DNA of 64,000 nucleotides from Meyerozyma guilliermondii (lineage: Eukaryota). Of this stretch, positions 10,156-20,542 are shown one piece after another. The notes under the pieces were generated by a model. It made no database searches. It worked only from the letters and a program-made list of their open reading frames with translations, and was not told where the DNA came from. The position numbers and the translations under genes are program-made. Positions within the stretch are counted from its first letter, which is position 1. Every line of letters begins with the position of its first letter. The stretch spans positions 310,001 to 374,000 of the forward strand of contig CP128821.1 of assembly GCA_051546255.1 (NCBI GenBank). Direction: 5' to 3'.

Positions 10156-11335
10156 ATGGCAATTTGCATATCTCGAAAAAGCTGTTTTTGGGCAAGATGA
10201 AGAATTACACATGACAATAAAGAGCGATAATCAGAACTACCCGATTTGGCAAAACATGGAAGATTCGTGAATTTCTGTCTCCAGATTTGGTACTGCATGT
10301 ATGCCGGGCTAAACTCGTAAATTGAACTTCTTGTAATCGATATCGCTGATGTACAACGTTTTAACTTTCATTTCTATTTTGACCAATTACGTGAACTACA
10401 AAGTCCACAATAAACTATTTGAAGAATATGCCGAGCATGAAACTCTCATGAAGTATTATGATAACCAAATTGCTTTTAGTCATATTCTTAATGATTTACA
10501 TAGTCAACAGTGCCCTGGCAACTCCAGTTCTAAATTCAAGGACACTGATTGATGAGGAAATATTGAGAAAACGGTGCTGCATATGGCTGAGAAGTATGTA
10601 GCGCTTGTGAAGCAGAAATACCAGTATAGCTTGATTCTATATCAAAGTATAATTGGATTATGAACATACTGCCTACCACAAGTATATTAATGGAGAAGGC
10701 TGCAATGGGTACAGTTTGCAAATTGAGAGTTTTTGAATGATGAAACACAACGATTGATATATGTCGAAGGCTTGCATTAACTTGCAATTTCAGGGCTATA
10801 GTCTCTAAAATTGTTCGTTCGGTAACAGTTTCTGGCGTAATGATTGATGATGGAATTCCATGGCATTCTAGGCAAATTCTACAGAATTGGTTGACACCGC
10901 CGACATACATTTCAATGAAGAACCTAACTTGAACAGTTCACCGAGAAGTATAACATTTTGATTGTTTCGAGTTGAATGCTATGCCGGAATGAAATAGGAT
11001 AGTCCGAGGTCAGTGTCCATTACGGTGCTGATAATAGCCAACAAAATAATTTATGATGCCATTGAAAAATCATTTCATGGCTCCAAGCCGAAATTTTCCA
11101 TGCAAAGTTGAAGATAACGAAGAAATTGCGGTTGAAACCGGAACTGAAAAGAGCTTCTTTCCTGAGAGCGAAAAACTTGCTATTCATTGCCGAGAAAGAT
11201 GAAGTCCTATTAGCACAAATTCTACAATTCACCTCCCGTGACGAAGAATGAGATGGTATCATCTGTTATAATGAACTTGAAGAGTATGATTCCACTTTCT
11301 ACTCTTTCAAGTGGCCTGGCCCGTTCATTAGATAG
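10156..11335 (+). pseudogene. Possible decayed gene, perhaps a Zn2Cys6 transcription factor
   Basis: 1.8-kb gene-free gap in a compact genome; + strand frames read protein-like but are broken by many stops; opens MAICISRKSCFWAR*...AKHGRFVNF, resembling an eroded Zn cluster. Confidence 0.3.
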
Positions 11336-11680
11336 TCCGGCCTATGCAGAGAAATGCTCAAGTTGGGTTGAGAAATAGTTTTCCGGTCGAAGAGTTCAAA
11401 CAAACGTAAAGTAGCATTGCTGCCACTGCTAACAGTTATAAGAATCGAATCGTGAAATTAGTTTTTGAACAGAATTGACTACATGTTGCAAGCACCGTAC
11501 CTCGTTTGAGAATAAAATTCAAGGCCATCCCACGCTAAAGCCTTGTTGTGAAGTGCAATTGACTAAAGAAGATCGTTCGGTTCCAGGTAAGAATAAAGAG
11601 AATTAGCTTAGTTTTTACTACCTTTGCCGGAGTAGGCTGTGACAACATATTCGTATCTTTTATTATGATGAGCTATGTAG

Positions 11681-12547
11681 CTAGTGCTTCTTTGGAGGTT
11701 CGAATTTGATCTTTCTGTTCTTGATTGGTTGCCATTTGAATCTCTTAACCCATATGGAAAGCACAAACAATCCTGAAGTCACAATCAAAGCTTTAAGACC
11801 CCACTTCTTTCTATCATCGTGCTCAGGTTCAGCGGCCCAATTCAAGAACGTGGTAACGTCCTTGGCCATCTGGGAAGTGGTGGCAGGAGTTCCATCCTCG
11901 TACTCCACCAAATCATCAAACAAAACTCTGGCCATTCCAAGAGCTCCACCAGGGAAGTATGGGTTGTAATTGGTACCTGGTTGCAACGTCACACCTGCTG
12001 GTGGTTCCTCAGGATATCCGGTCAACAACGAGAAGATGTAATCACAACCTCCGTGTCTGGCCTTAACAATCAACGACAAATCAGGTGGAAGAGCACCTTG
12101 ATTGGCAGCTCTAGCAGCCTGTTCATTCTCGTATGGCGAAGGAAGATAATCAGCCAACTTACCAGGTCTCTTTTGTGGCTTTCCCTCGTCATCAGGTTCA
12201 TCATCGTACTCCAAGTCTTCACACATGGCCTTGGCTTCCGATGTAGTTTTACATACTCCTACCAAGTTTCTCCAAGCAATTCTTTCCAACGAATGGCATG
12301 CAGCACACACCTCCTGGTACACCTGGAACCCTCTTCTGATCGACGCGTGGTCAAAGGTGCTAAACATGCCGTTATGTGACCATCCGTATGCTGGTGGGTG
12401 CAATCCGTGTTCAGCGGCAGTCATGGCAGAAGCGGTAATGGAGTCCTGATACAACAAATAGGAGGCAGACAAGCCTGTGACACCTACCGCACCAGCCACT
12501 ACCTTGTGGAGCAATGGATTGGCAGCTTTTGTTGAGGCTCTAAACAT
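11681..12547 (-). CDS. CYT1: Cytochrome c1
   Basis: Heme motif CAACH, mature N-terminus MTAAEHGLHPPAY, PPDLSLIVKARHGG, C-terminal TM helix; first ATG at 12547; ATTGG (CCAAT) box at about 12610. Confidence 0.97.
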   Translation of the reverse strand: MFRASTKAANPLLHKVVAGAVGVTGLSASYLLYQDSITASAMTAAEHGLHPPAYGWSHNGMFSTFDHASIRRGFQVYQEVCAACHSLERIAWRNLVGVCKTTSEAKAMCEDLEYDDEPDDEGKPQKRPGKLADYLPSPYENEQAARAANQGALPPDLSLIVKARHGGCDYIFSLLTGYPEEPPAGVTLQPGTNYNPYFPGGALGMARVLFDDLVEYEDGTPATTSQMAKDVTTFLNWAAEPEHDDRKKWGLKALIVTSGLFVLSIWVKRFKWQPIKNRKIKFEPPKKH

Positions 12548-13131
12548 GGTAAATAATGCTTCTAAAACTGGTGGTGAAAAAATGTAACGAGACAAAAGCT
12601 GCGCGATAATTGGCCGGAGAGGTCGTGCGTGGCTATAAGTTGGGTGGTGGTGGGGACATGAAAGAACCGCCAAAAAGCGGGACTACAGCCTATGCGGTTG
12701 AATGATGTACTTGAATGTTTCGGGTTCTCATTTAGTGGGATTTAGTTGCTAGATTAGAAGCATGTTCATATAAATTGAATTGCATCCTAAACTTATAATC
12801 ATACAAATCATGTTCATGAGATCAGGTATTAATGGCTGATATTACTCACTACAAATGCCTTGCTTTTCCTCGTTAGCCTTGTACTTTTTCCCCCTTCAAC
12901 TCGTAGCAAACTCGTAGCAGTTTCTCAGCTTTTTATCAATTCTCATTTCGCAGCCATGAGAATTCTGATATAGGAACAAGGCACAGGCAATATATTCACT
13001 CATACCCTTTTTGGTTGAGCACCATCCGTTCTCTCCACCATTTGCGTAATCTCAATAGCATGCCAGCAACTCCTTACAATTATTTAATTCTTCAACTTCT
13101 TCAACTTATGGACTTCTTGCTTCCCAATGAT

Positions 13132-13566
13132 TTACCACAACTCTTCTGGATTCTTCTTAAAATCTTCATACGCTTCCCAATTGAACAAACTGAGTTCAGT
13201 TTCATTGCGAACGCCCAAGTCCCACAATGACTTATTTCCTTCAATCTTCATCGCACTATTTTCACAAACCAAAACCCATTCCTCATCATTTTCAAAGTTG
13301 ATAGCAAGATTCATCGACTTGGTTCCATGTGCCTTGGTATATATCTTGACGGTGTCATACTCTACATTTCTGTATGGACGAAGACCACCGGTGGTATTTA
13401 TAATGGCTCTTATATCATCCAACAATTTTTTGGCGGTGGTATGCTTCAAGTCTACTGAGTTCATTATATAGTTCTTGATGTTTCTATAAGGAAATGACTT
13501 TACTATACGAATGGTGAGAACCGAGTCCGTAGCAGGACGCACATTAGACGTCAATGGCTCCTCCAT
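13132..13566 (-). CDS. AIM29: Aim29/C2orf76 (DUF2340) protein
   Basis: TIRIVKSFPYRN, KIYTKAHGTKSMNL, NETELSLFN..Y..FK.NP. Confidence 0.85.
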   Translation of the reverse strand: MEEPLTSNVRPATDSVLTIRIVKSFPYRNIKNYIMNSVDLKHTTAKKLLDDIRAIINTTGGLRPYRNVEYDTVKIYTKAHGTKSMNLAINFENDEEWVLVCENSAMKIEGNKSLWDLGVRNETELSLFNWEAYEDFKKNPEELW

Positions 13567-13663
13567 GTTGAATGATTTGATTATCGTCTCATCGCGAAAG
13601 ATGGCTTGGTGCAGGTACAGGGCCTACACTACTTTACTACAAATACGCATCATTAATCATATA

Positions 13664-15472
13664 TTACACCTGAAACCCGTTTCGTATCCGGTAAAGAAAT
13701 TGCTTGATATCGTACACTCGTTGAGGTCCTGCCAATTGCGACCCTAAACTCCTCTGTACTTCATCAAATACAGAATTGGAATCGTCGCTCTCATCCAGTG
13801 GATAATTGAGGGTAAAGTCACTTTCGCTGCGTTCAAACTTCTTGGTTTCCAGCGGTATAAGGTTCAAAAAACTGGTTATTAAATCAACAGAAATATCTTC
13901 GCTGACTTTGTTAAGTATGGCATCGAACAATTTCACCTCGGTGGTAACCGAAGTTTCCATTTGCAATTCGAAATAATCGATATCGTCGCATACTTCAGCG
14001 TCTGGTTTGGGCATTGCAAACCCTCGTCGTATCTTTTCGAGAGGAAATGTCTTGTCGAACCTGCCCAAAAAGTCTTGTAAATTGTTTCTGATTTTGTCAA
14101 AAGATTGAAACTTTGCCAAGCAAGATTTAATGGTGTTACGGCGCCATTCTGAGCATCCTTCTTGGTCGGCTCTCTGATTTGGAAACTTTACTTGTAAGAG
14201 TCCTTTTACCACAACTTCTGATTTTTCAACAAACTTGGTCTCCATATCGGCCACCTCGCTCAATTTCACTAATAACTTCAGAGGGTTTGAGACATCAGAT
14301 GGTTCGTAATACGTACCTAATTGCTGCAATTTTTCCTGTAGTAATTGCAAGCGCGAGGTCAACTTTTCATATTCTTCGTCCACAATTTGTGGCTTCATAG
14401 ACTTGCCATAAGTTTCAAAATCTTCAAACGCATCCAAAAGACTTGTATATGAAGACTCAACCATTTGAAGAATGCATTGCAAGGCATCCATAGTATGGAC
14501 CAAATCCTCATCAGATTCAGCCATCACTATGATATCAAAAAAGGTACAACATCGGTGAAGTAATTCACATGTGTCGGTCAGAGAATCCGATTCAATAACG
14601 TCCAAATTGGACTTCATGCCTGCGCTGATTCGTTCAATCTTACCAAAGTATAGTTTGAGATCGGATTCATACTGTCTTTTCAATGCAACGGCGTCAACAA
14701 TTTGTTCAATAAACTTGTCCAACACTCGAGTAGGTGCAGCCTTTTCAATTTCAAAGTACTTAAACCATTCGAGCATAGTGGTGACAATGCACTGCTCGTC
14801 GCATACCAACACGAGGTAATCATCAATATCTGATAAATTGATACCCAACTCGTTGGCTCGATCCAATGCTGCCTGCAAGTTTTGAATTTTCTTTTCGGAT
14901 CTATAAGGTTTGTTTTCCGGGTTATAGTGGTCCAAAATAGCCCAGAGAATCAAATCTGGGCGATTTTCTTGGATAGACCAATCTCGGTCAAAATTGGATA
15001 TTCGGAGGTCCTTCTTGATTATGATACTATTGACCCAATCGAGAAGAATCTTCTTAATTTTGTGGAATGTATTGCAATCCTCATGAGCTTTAGAAAGCGT
15101 ACTGGTAGAAGAGTACATGTATAGGGACCACACAAACCCCAACACAAGTTTTGAATTTTTGTCAACGATGTTTTCGGCGCTAATATTACACACATTCACC
15201 TGAAGAGCAACCCGCAAAAATTCAAGCACATCGGCCACATTTTCCACTTTTTGCAACTTGAACTTGGGTGCTTTGTACAATGGAGTAAGAGTAGTGCCAC
15301 TATAATCAGAGTTTGACGTTTTCAACATGTTATTCACAAGAGCGTAAAGCACTAAGCCATCACTCAAATCTTGCTCCAAATTGGTTATCGGAGCCACCGA
15401 TTCGCCTTGGATCACCGAGTTGATCCAGCGTGTCATTGTTTTGCGCTGGGAGTTTACCCAAGCGTCATCCAT
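13664..15472 (-). CDS. Alpha-actinin-like protein with tandem calponin-homology domains
   Basis: W..SQRKTMTRWINS, LEQDLSDGLVLYALV, KVENV..LEFL, NISAENIVDKNSKLVLGFVWSL (CH1); LLDWVN, NFDRDWS, DEQCIVT (CH2); helical C-terminus; first ATG at 15472. Confidence 0.8.
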   Translation of the reverse strand: MDDAWVNSQRKTMTRWINSVIQGESVAPITNLEQDLSDGLVLYALVNNMLKTSNSDYSGTTLTPLYKAPKFKLQKVENVADVLEFLRVALQVNVCNISAENIVDKNSKLVLGFVWSLYMYSSTSTLSKAHEDCNTFHKIKKILLDWVNSIIIKKDLRISNFDRDWSIQENRPDLILWAILDHYNPENKPYRSEKKIQNLQAALDRANELGINLSDIDDYLVLVCDEQCIVTTMLEWFKYFEIEKAAPTRVLDKFIEQIVDAVALKRQYESDLKLYFGKIERISAGMKSNLDVIESDSLTDTCELLHRCCTFFDIIVMAESDEDLVHTMDALQCILQMVESSYTSLLDAFEDFETYGKSMKPQIVDEEYEKLTSRLQLLQEKLQQLGTYYEPSDVSNPLKLLVKLSEVADMETKFVEKSEVVVKGLLQVKFPNQRADQEGCSEWRRNTIKSCLAKFQSFDKIRNNLQDFLGRFDKTFPLEKIRRGFAMPKPDAEVCDDIDYFELQMETSVTTEVKLFDAILNKVSEDISVDLITSFLNLIPLETKKFERSESDFTLNYPLDESDDSNSVFDEVQRSLGSQLAGPQRVYDIKQFLYRIRNGFQV

Positions 15473-15813
15473 GGTGAAAAAGGTGACAGATGTTGATGGT
15501 GGCAAGCAGTTATAGGCAACGAATTAGTGAACAAGTAAAGAATGAATAACGACTGAGTAACGAATATAAGCAACGAATGATAACGGGTAGGATATAGGTG
15601 ACGGGTAAGCAGAATTATACTTTTGTATGGATATTTTTTGGTAATTCTTTGGTGACTTTTTACTTTTGAGGGATTATGATACTGTTTGATGACTTGGTGA
15701 TAATTTATGTTCAGCCCAATAGAGTAACGGTATGCTTGTACGATGTTCTCCTGTCCTTTTATACCAGGTAACGTGTCGAGTTGACTAGCTCCGAAGCAAA
15801 TAATGAGCTATTT

Positions 15814-15906
15814 ACGCGGTCACAGCCTTCGTTCGGAACAGGTGGGTGTGTGGGGCATAGATGTACATAAATACGACGCGACCCAAAAGAGATGCGTGAA
15901 ACGCGT
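15814..15906. promoter_or_regulatory. Cluster of MCB-like ACGCG elements, with a perfect ACGCGT at 15901-15906
   Basis: ACGCGG at about 15815, ACGCGA at about 15876, ACGCGT at 15901, upstream of the alpha-actinin-like gene. Confidence 0.45.
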
Positions 15907-15979
15907 CTGAGGTGCGGCGGATGAGATAATGTCAAGTGCGAGAGGAGGAAGAAACAAAGGTGCTAAAAGGGAGGAAGAC

Positions 15980-15980
15980 G

Positions 15981-16009
<29 letters not shown>
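15980..16009 (+). repeat. (GAA)10 microsatellite
   Basis: Ten perfect GAA units in an intergenic region. Confidence 0.9.
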
Positions 16010-16011
<2 letters not shown>

Positions 16012-16395
16012 CGAAACCGACAGAGGAACAGGAGAAAAAAGTTTCCCAGAACTTAAAATCTTGGATCATTGCAAATATGGTTCGATTTTCAGATCTGTCA
16101 GAGATGCACTTCGACGCACAATCTTAGGCACAGTCTTGCGCACGTGAAAGGGTGCAGGATGTCAGATCCAGACCCTTAAACTAGCATATGCTTGTAATTA
16201 CTATTAGCCACCTCCACTATACAAAGCTGGTTAGCCACATTGCTATACCTCTGCTTTCTTGACGTACCACTTGCTTCAGCTTTCTACACCATTATAGCTA
16301 TTTCTTAGCTTCATCTTCAGCGCTGCTTAGCCCGCACCACTGAATAACCTTAGTTAGACTTTTCTTTTCCTTGACACTTTCACCTAGACTTTCCA

Positions 16396-17388
16396 TTATA
16401 TGCTGAAAAACAAATGATTCATGGCTTCTTTGGCTGTGGGCCGCTCTTGGTGGTCGTACGTCAAGAGTTTATCTATCAAGTCAACAACCTCGTCGCTGAC
16501 CAAATGCACGTTTTCCTTGGATACAAAACTGCTCCATGGGCGCCGAGGGTAATCGCCCAAGATGTTCTTGTAGACGTCAGGAAGCTTCAATCCATACTTG
16601 TTAAGGTAGGCCATGAGATCTTCGGTGCCGAGAACTTTGGCTATTTGCACCAACTGGTCATTATTAGAGTCACCCCGGAAAAATGGCTCCTTCTTAAATA
16701 CTATTGCGGCCAACATACAACCGACAGCCCAGAGATCCAATGAGTAGTCATACTGCTGGAGATTGACCAAAAGTTCCGGACCCTTGTGACACCGTGAAGC
16801 CACTCGAACATTATAATCCATGCCCATATGATAAAACTCGGCGAGCCCCCAGTCAATAAGTCGCAATTGCTTTTTCAACGGGTCGATCATGACGTTTTGT
16901 GGCTTTACATCTCGATGCACTATACCCATTGAATGACAATAATCCAACGCTACCAACAATTGTGTAAAGTAGTACTGGATGTCAGCAACGGTAAACTTCG
17001 GATACAACACGCGGTAGTCGACATTATTGACCCGTTCAAATATTAATACCGGAATTTTTGACTGCTCATCTCGTACACAATCCAACAACCCAATGATATT
17101 GGGACCACCAGTTAAATTCTTCAAGATCTTGACTTCACGGAAAATCTTCTTCATCTTCACCGGTTTCAACACCTTGATCACACAAGCCTTATCGTTCAAG
17201 ATATTTATCCCTTGAAACACTTCTGAATATTTGCCTCGGCCAATCTTGGAAATGATTTCATAGCTTTTGATCTCCCCCCATTCTATCTTGTGGTTTTCGT
17301 AGTCCCAGTACTCCTGCGGTTTGTGTTTGTTTACGTCACCATACGTTCGTGCCACAGAGTACACTTTCAGACGTACGTCCACACTCAT
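16396..17388 (-). CDS. CKA2: Casein kinase II catalytic subunit alpha'
   Basis: [47 protein letters not shown]; resembles yeast Cka2 more than Cka1. Confidence 0.93.
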   Translation of the reverse strand: MSVDVRLKVYSVARTYGDVNKHKPQEYWDYENHKIEWGEIKSYEIISKIGRGKYSEVFQGINILNDKACVIKVLKPVKMKKIFREVKILKNLTGGPNIIGLLDCVRDEQSKIPVLIFERVNNVDYRVLYPKFTVADIQYYFTQLLVALDYCHSMGIVHRDVKPQNVMIDPLKKQLRLIDWGLAEFYHMGMDYNVRVASRCHKGPELLVNLQQYDYSLDLWAVGCMLAAIVFKKEPFFRGDSNNDQLVQIAKVLGTEDLMAYLNKYGLKLPDVYKNILGDYPRRPWSSFVSKENVHLVSDEVVDLIDKLLTYDHQERPTAKEAMNHLFFSI

Positions 17389-17450
17389 TCCGCTCCTTAA
17401 TCAACACTTTGGTGCAGATTTGAATGCGATAATTTATAGACAGGACAAAG

Positions 17451-18491
17451 ATGTCTGGGAAGCTAGTGGGTACAGTGACGCTTTTGGTGCCGGAAAAGGG
17501 GGTAAGCGGCGCAGATTCGGAAATGGGAAGCTCGGGAGAGGCTAACCATCAAAAAGAAAGTATAGGAAGGGAAATTTTGACGGAAAAATACATGGCTCTT
17601 GAAGAGCATCAACAAGAAGAAAATCATGAATTGAAAAAGGGAGCTCTAAGTAAACATAAACAAGACACAGAACTGAACCAAGGAACACAAACACAATATC
17701 ACTCGAAACTTGAGGACAATTCTTCACCAAATCCAATTTTTCATCAAGACTCAACCAGCACCGAGCCTGCTTCACAAATATTGAATGATGTACAATTATG
17801 GGGAAACGACAATTCCACCTTTAGTGGCCTGTTTTCCTTTGTTTCCTACGTCAATGTCAGCTTGATACCATTATATCTCATATCTGGTGCACCGTGTCGA
17901 GTTTACACCACTTCTACCATTACCACCAGTTTCTTTCAAAATCATGTTGCATCTTGTGTAGGCTCGGGAACCATGTTTGTTGACTCCCAGACCTACCTTG
18001 TGTTTTACAGCGACACTGAACACAACATATGGGGGTTCAAAATTGATTTTGGGCTTCTTGAAAAACTGCAACAGCTATCCTTCAACCCAGATACCATCAC
18101 CACCGAGTCAACCCATGACGTTTTCGAGCGAGTTCTATCAGATAAACGACGTAAAAAGCAGTCCAACAAATTCATGCTTTCCAATACTGCCAATCCTGTC
18201 ACTCAACTTTCCACCCAGCATTTCACTTCAAATGAGCAGGTCTCACAAGCCATTGGCAAACTAATTCTTTCTGGTCTTCGATTACGAGGAGTCACTACCA
18301 ATTCACCCTCACCCAACGACCGTGTGGCAGTACGAGAAATTTACCAGATGACCCTGAAAGCTGCTATATTTGCAGTTCGAAAGTTCAACTACAATTTTCA
18401 ACCACATGGAAAAGTGGACTTAACTTTGGACCACCTTCAGGATATTGTCGAGCACTTATTACAAGTATTTATAGATGTGGATGCACAGTAG
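17451..18491 (+). CDS. SLD7: Sld7-family replication factor (start may be the ATG at 17592)
   Basis: C-terminal KLILSGLRLRG...EIYQMTLKAAIFAVRK...LQDIVEHLL resembles the Sld7 C-terminal domain. Confidence 0.65.
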   Translation: MSGKLVGTVTLLVPEKGVSGADSEMGSSGEANHQKESIGREILTEKYMALEEHQQEENHELKKGALSKHKQDTELNQGTQTQYHSKLEDNSSPNPIFHQDSTSTEPASQILNDVQLWGNDNSTFSGLFSFVSYVNVSLIPLYLISGAPCRVYTTSTITTSFFQNHVASCVGSGTMFVDSQTYLVFYSDTEHNIWGFKIDFGLLEKLQQLSFNPDTITTESTHDVFERVLSDKRRKKQSNKFMLSNTANPVTQLSTQHFTSNEQVSQAIGKLILSGLRLRGVTTNSPSPNDRVAVREIYQMTLKAAIFAVRKFNYNFQPHGKVDLTLDHLQDIVEHLLQVFIDVDAQ

Positions 18492-18509
18492 TGTCTATAT
18501 ACACGAGGA

Positions 18510-19352
18510 TCAGGCAAATTTGCTGATATCTACTACACTAGTTTGTGAGAAGTCTGTGTGGGTCTTTTGAGACGCTGCTTCCAATTGCTTCGTCAATTCG
18601 CTCTTCCTCGCCCTCTTTTGCGTTCTGGACTTTTGTCCCATATGATCCAAGAGAATTGAACGGTCCTTCAACAAATATCCTCTTTTTTCTTCATTGGAAT
18701 AAAATTCAATGTCTCTTCTATGTATAGGGCGAGCAGGAAGGGGAAGATAACCCTTCTTAAGAAGAAATCTTTCCGGGAATATATGAGCCTGCAAACTCAA
18801 CCGGGTAAAATAAACTGATGTGTAGGTCGAGCCGGTTTTTTCAATTGCTTTGATAGCTCCTAAAGATGCCTTGGAACTCTCAATATTCAATGGTACAGTA
18901 TACTCATCAGCACCATTTGCAAGAATTTTAACACCATCTTTGACCGATCCGGTTATGATTCCACAGTCTCTCATCACCTTGATGGTCAACGTACTTCCGG
19001 CTTCAAGGGGTATTCTATTTTCATTCCAAAAAGTTTGGATCCTGTCCAAGTTCAATTCGTGAAAAATCCGTTTATGAGGACGTTTGAAACCAATAATGGG
19101 GAATCTTTTGTAAAAGGGGGTTTGTCCACCCTCAAACCATCTTGGAATGGTACCTCTAGCCTTTTGACCTTTTTGACCTCGACCGGAAGTCTTACCTTTG
19201 CCGGAAGCAGGACCTCTTCCGAGCCGCTTGTAGCTTTTTACCGCGCCTTCCGAGGGTACCAATCGCCCCAAATACGACGCGTTTCGTATGGCAAGCAAGC
19301 TGGAGGGCTTGGAGAGCCTCAAACCTGCTAAATTCTGGATAAAGCCAAGCAT
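18510..19352 (-). CDS. MRPL10: Mitochondrial ribosomal protein uL15m
   Basis: RLGRGPASGKGKTSGRGQKGQKAR, FEGGQTP. Confidence 0.93.
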   Translation of the reverse strand: MLGFIQNLAGLRLSKPSSLLAIRNASYLGRLVPSEGAVKSYKRLGRGPASGKGKTSGRGQKGQKARGTIPRWFEGGQTPFYKRFPIIGFKRPHKRIFHELNLDRIQTFWNENRIPLEAGSTLTIKVMRDCGIITGSVKDGVKILANGADEYTVPLNIESSKASLGAIKAIEKTGSTYTSVYFTRLSLQAHIFPERFLLKKGYLPLPARPIHRRDIEFYSNEEKRGYLLKDRSILLDHMGQKSRTQKRARKSELTKQLEAASQKTHTDFSQTSVVDISKFA

Positions 19353-19573
19353 AACTTGGTATGAGTTCGTGGAACGAAAATTTCAATAAGGTCGTGCGAC
19401 GCACAAATCTAGGTGATTATAAGGAAATGAAGAATGGATTGCGGTGAGAGTAGTGGTGAAGGTCTTAACAGTGTCAGATTAAAGAAAACAAGTAGAGTGA
19501 TCTTTTATTTGAAGTAGGTGGATTATTGGTATCATATCTTGGGTTATGGGTTCTCTTTTCCAGCACGCAATTC

Positions 19574-19646
19574 GCCTTTATGGCCAAGTTGGTAAGGCAC
19601 CTCACTAGTAATGAGGAGATCGTCAGTTCGAATCTGGCTGAAGGCA
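19574..19646 (+). tRNA. tRNA-Thr(AGT)
   Basis: GCCTTTA...TGAAGGC acceptor stem, TGGCCAAGTTGG A-box, CCTCA-CT-AGT-AA-TGAGG anticodon arm, GTTCGAATC B-box, T-run terminator. Confidence 0.95.
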
Positions 19647-19774
19647 TTATTTTTTTGTAGGTACTGAGGGCAGCTCCATGAGCTAGAACTTATGATAGCG
19701 ACCCGTATATCTGATGGTAATTATGCTTTTTTCAAGTTTTCCATCTTTCTACTTTTCATTATTTTCACCTCTCA

Positions 19775-19850
19775 TTTTGCATTTTTCCAATTTTTTGCAT
19801 TTTCAGTTTTTTGCATTTTCAATTTTTTGCATTTTCTCATTTTTCAGATT
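19775..19850 (+). repeat. Degenerate T-rich tandem repeat (TTTTTTGCATTTTC-like units)
   Basis: About four TTTTGCATTTT units upstream of EMI1; explains the spurious Phe-rich N-terminal ORF extension. Confidence 0.6.
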
Positions 19851-19896
19851 CATTCAATTTAATTCTAACACTGCGAATTGCATTCTCTCACTCATC

Positions 19897-20340
19897 ATGG
19901 CCAAAGAAGACGAGGAACTAAACGAGATCTGGTCTCTATTCAAAGACAGTCCTGAGGAGTACAAGGAAAGAAGGCGACAAATCACCAAAACCATCCAGAA
20001 TGAAGCCACTGGGTTCCCCACACAAATGTCAATAATCACAGCATTCGATGAACTTTTGCTGTGTTTTGCTATAGGGGGACAATTGAAGAACTATTATCGG
20101 TATGGTACCTATTCCAACTGTCAGGAACAGCGGGAAAAGTTTTGGTTTTCCATGAGGCATGGCAGCTTTTTTGAGTCTGATGAACCATTGGATAAATTGA
20201 CTCCGAAGCAGCTTGAAAAACGTCAGAAAATCGCTGACTTTTATAAGAAACGGTTGATGGCAACCAAGGCACGAGGCAGCTCGGAAGATGTTTGGGATCT
20301 CAGAAAGAAGAAGTTGGACAAGCCATTCAGAGAGGAATAA
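19897..20340 (+). CDS. EMI1: Emi1 (early meiotic induction protein 1) family
   Basis: AFDELLLCFAIGGQLKNYYRYG..SNC...REKFWF, SSEDVWDLR; start taken at the ATG at 19897. Confidence 0.85.
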   Translation: MAKEDEELNEIWSLFKDSPEEYKERRRQITKTIQNEATGFPTQMSIITAFDELLLCFAIGGQLKNYYRYGTYSNCQEQREKFWFSMRHGSFFESDEPLDKLTPKQLEKRQKIADFYKKRLMATKARGSSEDVWDLRKKKLDKPFREE

Positions 20341-20542
20341 AAAGGTAGGAACGCTGTATATAGAGAGTCATATAGAGAGTTAATAGAGTACTCGTTAATC
20401 TTGTGTCTCGTCTCTCGTTACTCTAGATACCCTCTTACTCTTTTTCGTTACTCATTTTGTTATCACTTCTTACTCTCGTACTCCGTACTTGTTTCTCTCG
20501 TATCGGTATTACACTATATAATAGCATGCTATTGTCCTTATC

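Noticed and set aside
10436..10500. YYDNQIAF resembling totivirus Gag WYDNHVAL (endogenous viral element)
   Set aside because: Only a few residues match; the flanks show no recognisable Gag/Pol similarity
15929..16147. Poly-Glu and poly-Lys short ORFs
   Set aside because: Artefacts of the (GAA)10 microsatellite; no other coding signal
19714..19896. Phe-rich N-terminal extension of the EMI1 ORF, or a possible intron (GTAATT...TTCTAAC)
   Set aside because: Low-complexity T-rich repeat; no YAG acceptor between the putative branch point and the ATG at 19897
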